In this document: positions 57,071 to 64,000 of the stretch, in pieces
How the letters are laid out: each line of letters begins with the position of its first letter
Numbering within the stretch: position 1 is the stretch's first letter
Origin: an uncultured Bacilli bacterium
GTDB lineage: Bacteria; Bacillota_I; Bacilli_A; RF39; UBA660
NCBI GenBank assembly: GCA_934098555.1
Contig: CAKOOQ010000001.1
Location: 6,243 to 70,242 of the forward strand
DNA: 64,000 nucleotides
Direction of reading: 5' to 3'
Position numbers and translations under genes: made by a program
Notes under the pieces: model-generated
What the model was told of the DNA's origin: nothing
Databases searched by the model: none
The model's input: the letters and a program-made list of their open reading frames with translations, nothing else

Positions 57071-57302
57071 AATCTTCTAAAAAATTCTTTATTTCATTAA
57101 GTTCTTCTTCATCAACGATATCGAAAAGTTCGCCTTCTTCACCTGTTGGGTCAAAACTTGAAACATAAATTTCATCATTATTTTCATCCGTTTCATAAAT
57201 CACATAATGTTTTTTTCTAATTTCTGAAAACATTGTCGTAATAATATGACAAGTAATTGTTTTACCATCTTCATCTAAATAAAATGTATCTTTATTTTCC
57301 AT
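57060..57302 (-). CDS. DUF1292-family small protein, paralog B
   Basis: FYLDEDGKTITCHIITTMFSEIRKKHYVIYETDENNDEIYVSSFDPTGEEGELFDIVDEEELNEIKNFLEDY matches the DUF1292 layout. Confidence 0.5.
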   Translation of the reverse strand: MENKDTFYLDEDGKTITCHIITTMFSEIRKKHYVIYETDENNDEIYVSSFDPTGEEGELFDIVDEEELNEIKNFLEDYGD

Positions 57303-58560
57303 CTGAAATCCTCTTTTCTATTATTTTATTTACGGCTTTTAAAATACTCAATTTCGCGGTTTGATAGGTAAGGCCTCCTTGTAAGTAAGCATAATAAGGA
57401 GGTCTTATAGGCCCGTCACAAGAAATCTCAATACTAGAGCCTTGCGTAAAAGCACCTGCCGCCATGATAATTTGATCATCATATCCCGGCATATCTACTG
57501 GGGTAGGACGTGCAAATGAATCAACGGGACTTCCTTCTTGTATGCCTTCACAAAAAGAAATTAAATTTTCTTTTGTTTCTAAGGCCACCGTTAAAACAAT
57601 ATCATTTTTGACTTCTTTAGCCATAGGGTCCGTTTTAAAGCCTAACTTTTCTAGCATCAAAGCAGCCAAAGTATTTACTTTTAAAGCACTTGCCACCACC
57701 GAAGGAGCCATAAATAAGCCTTGTAAAAAACTTTTATTTGCCCCAAGGCTTGGTCCAACTTCTCTTCCCTCGCCGGGGAGAGTTAAAGCTTCGGCAACCA
57801 AATCAACATAGCATTTTTTACCAACAACATATCCGCCATTTGAAGCAAGGCCACCACCCATATTTTTAATTAAAGAGCCGACAACGATATCAGCCCCGAC
57901 TTCGGTGGGTTCTTTTTTACTAACAAGTTCACAGTAACAGTTATCCACCATGACAATCGTTGTTGGACTGATATTTTTAATAAGTGAAATGACCTTCGAA
58001 ACATTTGCGATACTTAAGCTTTTACGAGAGGAATAGCCCCGGCTTCTTTGAATCTCAACTAACTTAACCGAATGTTCTTTTAAATACTTTTCTATTTTTT
58101 CATAGTCAAAATCATTATTTAAAAGAGCAATTTCATCATAGAATACCCCAAAACTTTTTAAAGAACTTGGATTTTCTTTAATTCCAATGACTTCATGTAA
58201 CGTATCATAAGGCGTCCCCGTAATACTAAGCATTAAATCATTGGGTCTTAAAAGGCCAAAAAGAGTTTTACTAAGAGCATGCGAACCCGAAACAAATTGA
58301 TTACGAACTAAAGCACTTTCACATTTAAAAATTTCTTTATAAACATTTTCAATGGCCTCTCTTCCTAAATCATCATACCCATATCCTGTTGTTGTATTAA
58401 AATGACTTTCACTGATATGACAATCCCAGAAAGCCTTCATTACTTTGGCTGAATTATATTCTTCCATTTCATCGTAAATTTGACATTGTTCTAGAAAATC
58501 TTTTTGAACACTTTCATAAATTTCATATGTTTTAGGATTTATTTCTAAAAATTCTTTCAT
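57292..58560 (-). CDS. Methionine gamma-lyase family / aluminium-resistance-protein-like PLP enzyme (YnbB-like)
   Basis: HFNTTTGYGYDDLGREAIENVYKEIF is the N-terminal signature of the family. The 422-aa length fits. Confidence 0.6.
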   Translation of the reverse strand: MKEFLEINPKTYEIYESVQKDFLEQCQIYDEMEEYNSAKVMKAFWDCHISESHFNTTTGYGYDDLGREAIENVYKEIFKCESALVRNQFVSGSHALSKTLFGLLRPNDLMLSITGTPYDTLHEVIGIKENPSSLKSFGVFYDEIALLNNDFDYEKIEKYLKEHSVKLVEIQRSRGYSSRKSLSIANVSKVISLIKNISPTTIVMVDNCYCELVSKKEPTEVGADIVVGSLIKNMGGGLASNGGYVVGKKCYVDLVAEALTLPGEGREVGPSLGANKSFLQGLFMAPSVVASALKVNTLAALMLEKLGFKTDPMAKEVKNDIVLTVALETKENLISFCEGIQEGSPVDSFARPTPVDMPGYDDQIIMAAGAFTQGSSIEISCDGPIRPPYYAYLQGGLTYQTAKLSILKAVNKIIEKRISDGK

Positions 58561-59207
58561 CTAACCACCTCAATTTCATCGGTTTTATCTGTGTTTATAT
58601 ATTCTAACACTTTTTGGGTTGCTTTATCCAAAGAAACAAAAGATAACTTTTCTTTAATATCAGCAGGAAAATCATTCATCGGTGTATCAAGCCACCCAAA
58701 GCATATCGTGTTAATTTTTTTGCTTGGGTATTCTCTTGCAAACTCATGACCAAGCATATTCAAAGAAACTTTGGATATGTCATATTCAAGACTTACCATG
58801 TCGTATTTATCGATAGCATTATCAGAAGAAATATTGACAACGGCATCGATATCCGCGATGAGTTCTTTCAAAAGAAGAAAGGGAACTAAAGTATTTACCT
58901 TGAAAATTTTTAAAAAGGTCTCTTGTGTTTTCTCTTCTAAAGGACTTAAATGTTCTATCGCCGCATTATTAATTAAAATGTTAATACCTTTCTTTTTGAC
59001 TTCCAAAAGAAAGGTTTGCACACTTTCATCACAAGTAAAGTCTGCTTCTATTAAAGCACATTTTCCCTCATATTTCTCTACCAAAGGTAAAAGTTTCCCT
59101 TTATTTTGACAGAACTGTAGATAAACAAAGTAACCCTCTTCCAGTAAGGAAGAAGCAAGGGCAAGTCCAAGACCACCGGATGCTCCAGTTAATAACACTT
59201 TTTTCAT
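58557..59207 (-). CDS. SDR-like NAD(P)-binding oxidoreductase (short, 216 aa)
   Basis: The dinucleotide-binding motif LLTGASGGLGLALA is present. Confidence 0.5.
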   Translation of the reverse strand: MKKVLLTGASGGLGLALASSLLEEGYFVYLQFCQNKGKLLPLVEKYEGKCALIEADFTCDESVQTFLLEVKKKGINILINNAAIEHLSPLEEKTQETFLKIFKVNTLVPFLLLKELIADIDAVVNISSDNAIDKYDMVSLEYDISKVSLNMLGHEFAREYPSKKINTICFGWLDTPMNDFPADIKEKLSFVSLDKATQKVLEYINTDKTDEIEVVR

Positions 59208-59557
59208 AAGATTTCATACTCTTTTCTATCATAACCAATAATCATTTTATCTGGCATAATAAGTAAAGGTCTTTTGACTAACATACCATTGGTACTTAAA
59301 AGTTTTAGTTTTTCATCATCCGTCATACTTTCTAATTTATCTTTTAGATGAAGCTCTTTATACACATTACCACTCGTATTAAAAAGCTTTTTCAAAGGGA
59401 TATGATACCTATTTACCCACATCTTTAATTCCTCATAAGTTGGCTTTTCTTCTTTAATATTTCTTTTCTCTACCAAAACATTTTTACTTTCCAAAGCCTT
59501 TAAAGCCATTTGGCAGGTGCTACACTTTGGATACCATATAAATAAATTCATAAGCAA
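59204..59557 (-). CDS. ArsC/Spx-family thioredoxin-fold protein
   Basis: A CxxC-type motif (KCSTCQ) sits at the N-terminus of the 117-aa protein. VKRPLLIM resembles the family C-terminal motif. Confidence 0.5.
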   Translation of the reverse strand: MLMNLFIWYPKCSTCQMALKALESKNVLVEKRNIKEEKPTYEELKMWVNRYHIPLKKLFNTSGNVYKELHLKDKLESMTDDEKLKLLSTNGMLVKRPLLIMPDKMIIGYDRKEYEIL

Positions 59558-59609
59558 CTTCCTTCCCGTTTATTATAAAGGATAAAGAAAAAAAGTGCCA
59601 GAAAAATAT

Positions 59610-60803
59610 CTAGAGCACAAAATTTCCATCTTTAAAAATAAGTTTTTCGCCTTCTTCTGTCTGTGCGGTAATTTTTAAATCCTCAGTTCCTATCATAAAA
59701 TCCACATGGGTTTTCGAAACATTTATTCCCTTTTCTAGTAAAGCTTCATCTGTTTTTTCTATACTATCAATGCAATCAGGAAAACCAGCGCCTAAAGCGA
59801 AATGACAGGAGGCATTCTCATCAAACAAAGTGGTTTTAAAAACAAGATGCGTGTTTGAGATGGGTGAATCATAAGGCACAAGGGCTACTTCCCCTAAATA
59901 AGAACTTTGTTCATCGGTTTCTAAAATGCTTTTTAAAACGTCTTTCCCCTTCTTAGCTTCATAGGAAATAACTTTTCCATCTTGGAAGGTCAAAGAAAAA
60001 TCTTCAATCATAACCCCATTATAAACTAAAGGTTTAGAAGCGAAAACAATACCGTTAGTGCCTTTAAAAAAGGGACTTGTGTATACCTCATAACTGGGCA
60101 TATTCACAAGGATTTTTTCATCCGCGGCACTTTTAAAGACATAAGAAGAAGGAAGCCTTAAATAAAGGTCCGTGCCTAAAGCATTTTCATAATGAAGGGT
60201 TTTAATTTTTAACAGATTTAGTTTTTCTGTTCTCACTTTTAAAGTGTTTAAATGATCTTTCCAAGCCTTTTTTGGACTTTCCTTATCTATTAAACACATC
60301 TTGTAAATCGCATCTTTTAATTTTTCTAAGGAATCTGGTGTTTTTCCAAAAAGGTCTTTCGCCCAATAAGGATTAGGTAAAGCACAAATACACCAATCAA
60401 TTTCCATGCGAACTTCTTTATCCCGAAAAAGAGTGGTATTTTTTTGAAAAATTTCGTGATAAAAAGCTAATTTTTCTTCTTTAACATCACTCATAAAACC
60501 CGGTATTTCACTCACTGTCATTAAAAACTTAGCTTTTTTTAAAGCATATTCATCCCATTTTTGAAATAAAGGTGCATAAAACTTCTCTATTTCTTCGTTT
60601 TCTTTTTCTTGCAACATTTTTCTTTTTAAAGCACTATCACGGTCAAAGAAATAAACGTTTGTGACATTCATCTTTTGTAAAAGATTATCCATATCTCTTT
60701 TAAAGTCACTATTTATAAAACTATCATAACTTATAAAAAGCGTGTCACTTGGTTCTAATTTTAAACAATCTTTTAAAAGAAAAGAAAGATATTTTTCTTG
60801 CAT
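59610..60803 (-). CDS. M29-family aminopeptidase (AmpS/PepS-like)
   Basis: Size and the C-terminal block GEVALVPYDSPISNTHLVFKTTLFDENASCHFALGAG fit the thermophilic metalloaminopeptidase family. Confidence 0.5.
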   Translation of the reverse strand: MQEKYLSFLLKDCLKLEPSDTLFISYDSFINSDFKRDMDNLLQKMNVTNVYFFDRDSALKRKMLQEKENEEIEKFYAPLFQKWDEYALKKAKFLMTVSEIPGFMSDVKEEKLAFYHEIFQKNTTLFRDKEVRMEIDWCICALPNPYWAKDLFGKTPDSLEKLKDAIYKMCLIDKESPKKAWKDHLNTLKVRTEKLNLLKIKTLHYENALGTDLYLRLPSSYVFKSAADEKILVNMPSYEVYTSPFFKGTNGIVFASKPLVYNGVMIEDFSLTFQDGKVISYEAKKGKDVLKSILETDEQSSYLGEVALVPYDSPISNTHLVFKTTLFDENASCHFALGAGFPDCIDSIEKTDEALLEKGINVSKTHVDFMIGTEDLKITAQTEEGEKLIFKDGNFVL

Positions 60804-60811
60804 ACGTCCTC

Positions 60812-61006
60812 CTAGTCATGATTAATAATAGCTAAAGCAACTAACATTAAGAAGGCAATAAAAACACCAAAGATAAAAATATTAAAAACATCTTCACTCA
60901 TAAATTGTAAACAAAAAGAACGCATGTCTAACCAAATATCTTTAAAAAAAGTAATAACAGGCTCTAATAAATCCAAAAGTTCATCTTTTAAACTTAAGTT
61001 TAACAT
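60812..61006 (-). CDS. Possible small membrane protein (64 aa)
   Basis: One hydrophobic helix (IFIFGVFIAFLMLVALAII) is present. Its start overlaps the upstream glycosyltransferase stop by 7 nt. Confidence 0.25.
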   Translation of the reverse strand: MLNLSLKDELLDLLEPVITFFKDIWLDMRSFCLQFMSEDVFNIFIFGVFIAFLMLVALAIINHD

Positions 61007-62193
61007 GATGTATCCTCCTTATCGTAACTTCGAAGAAGTTTATCAAAAACAAATTCATATCGGTCAACGACAATATCCCATGTATAATTTTCGTGAATAC
61101 GAGCTTTGGCCAAAGTCCCACATTCTTTTATTTCTTTAGGCGTTAATTTTTCACAACGAGCGATGATTTTCTTTAAAGAATTTTCTTTTTTAGAAAAGTA
61201 AAAGCAGGTATCTTCACCAACTTCACGGTTATAACAAACATCGTATAAAATATTAACATCGGTATTACTTAAGGCTTCTAATAAAGAAGGATTCGTTCCA
61301 CCCGCAGAGTGTCCATGAATATAAGCATAGGCATGTACTCGAAAGTATAATAAAGCTTGGGTATCATATACCGAGCCAATAAACTTAATTCTTTTATCGG
61401 TATCAAAATGCGTTGTTTCTTTTAAAGAATCATAAAATTTATTTTTTTCTAAATTACAAATAATGACTAAATCTTTTTTGGTTTTCGTTTTCATAAATTC
61501 TTTAATCATCGTCTCATAATTATTTTCTGGTACAAAACGACCGACAATTAAATAATACTCTTTATCTTTAATATTGTATTTTTTCCATAAATCTCTTACA
61601 ATAGTATTTTTATAAGCCTTTTGATTTTCATAGGCGCCGTAAGCTATAAAAGAAGTGGGCGTTTGATATTTTTCATATTTTTCATCGACATAAGCTTGAA
61701 TAGCTTTAGAATCACAGACACAATAATCACAATATTTAATAGAGGTTCTTTCACTGATTTTAAAGCATTCTTTAATCCACCAAGACCACTTATCCCTTTT
61801 CCATTCTAAACCATCTGGATTAATAATAAATTTGGTATCTTTTAATTTATTTTTCCAAAGAGGAATTAAAGGACCTATTTTACAACCAAGTAGTAAAATA
61901 ACCGTATTTTGTAAGTGATTTTCTAAAATAAACTTGGTCACATAATTCATTGCTTTAATTGTAAAATGAAACATAGTAGCAAAGCCTCTTTGAGGAGTAT
62001 AAATTAAAGGACAAATCACGCCATCTAAATGATTAATTTTTTTATCTTCATCTTTAATAAACGTTAAATGAGGAATATAAAATTTAAAATCCTCATTTTT
62101 ATTATTTAAAACTAAATTGGTAACAAAAGTTTCCCATCCTCCATAATTAAATTTGTATCCGCGGGCTCCCACGATAAATATATTTTTTTTCAT
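61000..62193 (-). CDS. GT4 glycosyltransferase with an N-terminal DUF1972 domain (WchF/RgpA-like)
   Basis: The N-terminus IFIVGARGYKFNYGGWETFVTNL is the DUF1972 signature. A GT1/GT4 C-terminal domain follows. Confidence 0.6.
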   Translation of the reverse strand: MKKNIFIVGARGYKFNYGGWETFVTNLVLNNKNEDFKFYIPHLTFIKDEDKKINHLDGVICPLIYTPQRGFATMFHFTIKAMNYVTKFILENHLQNTVILLLGCKIGPLIPLWKNKLKDTKFIINPDGLEWKRDKWSWWIKECFKISERTSIKYCDYCVCDSKAIQAYVDEKYEKYQTPTSFIAYGAYENQKAYKNTIVRDLWKKYNIKDKEYYLIVGRFVPENNYETMIKEFMKTKTKKDLVIICNLEKNKFYDSLKETTHFDTDKRIKFIGSVYDTQALLYFRVHAYAYIHGHSAGGTNPSLLEALSNTDVNILYDVCYNREVGEDTCFYFSKKENSLKKIIARCEKLTPKEIKECGTLAKARIHENYTWDIVVDRYEFVFDKLLRSYDKEDTSC

Positions 62194-62202
62194 ATCTAAC
62201 TC

Positions 62203-63063
62203 CTAAATCCAAAAAGTAAAATAAAGCAAGCAAACACTCACATAATAAAATAACTTTAACAATCCTAACGCCAAAATATTACGATGATTAAAATTCTTTT
62301 CATAATAGAACATGCTTTTTTTCAAGGCTTTATATTTACTTATTTTTTTCATGCTTTTATCAACCGATTTACTTTGTAAATGTTGCACACTTAAACGCGT
62401 ATCCACATAGCTTTTCAAGCCCTTATCTTGGGCTTTTTTAGCTAAAATATTTTCTTCATAATACAAAAAAGTACCTTCATCAAAATATTTTATCTTTTTC
62501 ATGTCTTTTAAACGCATCATAAAAAAGCACCCATGTAAAACTTCAACTTCATTTAAACCATCTTTATAATAGGTATCTGCATATTTTTGTAAACCAAAAC
62601 TAAAACGATTAAAATAATTCATTGTCGCTAAAAGCTCACAAGAAAAACTAGGTAACTTCCATCCTTTTGTAATATGACCATTTTCTAAAATCTTTGGCCC
62701 CAAAAAAGAAATCTCAGGATTTTGTTTCATATCCTTTATCATATCATTTAAAACACTTTCCATGATAAGAACATCCGGGTTGGAAACAATTGCCAGTTCA
62801 CAAGCGGTTTCTTTCGCCAAATATTTTAAGCCTAAATTATTCCCAGCCGCATAGCCTTTATTTTTTTTAGCCTCTAGTAAAATAATTTTTTTATTTAAAA
62901 AAGGGGTTATTTTAGAGACTGACTCATCCGTACTACAGTTATCCACAATAATGATTTTATTTAAACAACGATAATCTTTAATCTGCTCAATCATCTTAAT
63001 GGTATTTTCATAATCATTATAATTTAATATGACCATTCCTGTTTTCATGCCTTTTTTCTCCAT
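62203..63063 (-). CDS. GT2-family glycosyltransferase
   Basis: VILNYNDYENT...IIVDNCSTDES contains the DxD-like GT2 N-terminal motifs. Confidence 0.65.
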   Translation of the reverse strand: MEKKGMKTGMVILNYNDYENTIKMIEQIKDYRCLNKIIIVDNCSTDESVSKITPFLNKKIILLEAKKNKGYAAGNNLGLKYLAKETACELAIVSNPDVLIMESVLNDMIKDMKQNPEISFLGPKILENGHITKGWKLPSFSCELLATMNYFNRFSFGLQKYADTYYKDGLNEVEVLHGCFFMMRLKDMKKIKYFDEGTFLYYEENILAKKAQDKGLKSYVDTRLSVQHLQSKSVDKSMKKISKYKALKKSMFYYEKNFNHRNILALGLLKLFYYVSVCLLYFTFWI

Positions 63064-63534
63064 TCTTTTTTTATTGTACCAAATTTCTAAAGAAAAGTCT
63101 TTAAGATGTTAGAAAGTATTAACTATTTTGCTTTCACATACATACGACAGTTTCATTTATATTAAAGTACGTTCCTTTAGATAATACTTTAAGGTTAGCG
63201 TTAAACCTTTTTGATGTCATCCTTTATTTGTTATATAAACACCTAAGAAGGGCGACAAATTCCAATAATTTTTTCTGAAATAAGCTATAACGTTAACTTG
63301 GTCTATATTGGCACCTTAAATACATATCTAGTTTTTGTACTCCAATACAAAAAGTTCTGCTTTTTTCTATCTTTTTGTGCTGTTCTTTGCAAATTTTTTA
63401 ACATTAATTAATTTAGCCAATTTCAATTTTCAATCAGTTTTCTTAAATGTTTGTAAGATATATACCTTGCCTCTACTCTCACCTTTATGCTTTTTTCACC
63501 ACCAAAATAAAAGATGCCCGAGAACATCTTTTAC

Positions 63535-64000
63535 TTAATTATTTTTAAAAATTTGTTTTATTCTTTCTTCCATAAGAGTAACATCATAATCTAAAACCGT
63601 CTTCGAAGCATTCTTAATAATTTTTTCTTTTTCATTGGTACTCATACTTTGATATTTTAACAAAGCTGCATACAATTCATCTTCGGTTTTAAAAGTTAAA
63701 CTATTTTTCTTGTTTTTTAAATATTCTTTAGGTCCATATAAATCACAGCCAATAACAAAGGTTTTACACGCCATGGCTTCAAGTCCCACAAGACCTAAGG
63801 ATTCACTTTTTCTCTTCGTTGGAAAAATAAATAAATCCATCGCGTTATAATAGCTTACTAACTCACTTTGAGTAACAAAAGGTTTTAAAATAACCTCTTC
63901 TTGTAATTTATTTTTCTTTACAGCTTTTTTAAAGAGTTCTTCTTCACTACCAGAACCAACAACAAGAAGTTTTATTTTATTTAGACGTCCTTCTTTTTTT
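63535..64000 (-). CDS. GT4/GT1 glycosyltransferase, C-terminal part; the ORF continues upstream beyond the window end
   Basis: ESLGLVGLEAMACKTFVIG matches the E-x-FG-x-x-LEAMA motif. The reading frame stays open from 63841 to 64000. Confidence 0.55.
   Translation of the reverse strand, partial: KKEGRLNKIKLLVVGSGSEEELFKKAVKKNKLQEEVILKPFVTQSELVSYYNAMDLFIFPTKRKSESLGLVGLEAMACKTFVIGCDLYGPKEYLKNKKNSLTFKTEDELYAALLKYQSMSTNEKEKIIKNASKTVLDYDVTLMEERIKQIFKNN

Overview
This is a 64-kb window of a very AT-rich (about 28-30% GC) low-GC Firmicute chromosome that uses the standard genetic code. The gene content looks Bacilli/Erysipelotrichia-like: yunB, yutD, a NifU-like protein, a YtxH protein, a small alarmone synthetase and a five-tRNA operon. 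The window is gene-dense, mostly on the minus strand, and mixes housekeeping genes with cell-envelope and accessory functions.

Accessory and metal-resistance content:
- An AbiEi/AbiEii type IV toxin-antitoxin pair sits at the left edge, with a deletion-derived pseudogene copy 1.2 kb away.
- Three copies of an Rpn-family PD-(D/E)XK recombination-promoting nuclease are present; one is near-intact and two are decayed.
- A cadC-cadA cadmium/zinc efflux operon has a recognisable promoter and operator.

Cell-envelope and efflux genes:
- A TetR regulator is divergently paired with an MMPL transporter that carries a long YhgE/Pip-like exported C-terminal extension.
- An ABC exporter is present.
- Glycosyltransferase, O-antigen-ligase-like, polysaccharide deacetylase and GH3 genes are scattered through the window.

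Candidates worth a second look:
- An orphan dltA-dltC D-alanylation module lacks dltB and dltD. It is bundled with a VanW-domain protein, an Sfp-type phosphopantetheinyl transferase and a PrsW protease. The whole block sits inside a 9.7-kb segment bounded by about 50-bp direct repeats.
- A two-gene module encodes a DUF2130 protein (zinc ribbon, coiled coil, PD-(D/E)XK-like nuclease motifs) plus a 209-aa unknown. It lies next to a strongly promoted 371-aa protein whose N-terminus carries cholera-toxin-like R/S-T-S/E-E-E ADP-ribosyltransferase motifs at the right spacing.
- An alanine racemase is operonic with an ATP-grasp ligase.
- A large surface protein has a 3' end and downstream spacer of sharply higher GC with atypical GC3 codons, which suggests a horizontally acquired C-terminal cassette.
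- A surface protein carries a 15-bp tandem DNA repeat that encodes (NATDS)n.

No CRISPR array, rRNA, prophage or integrase was seen.
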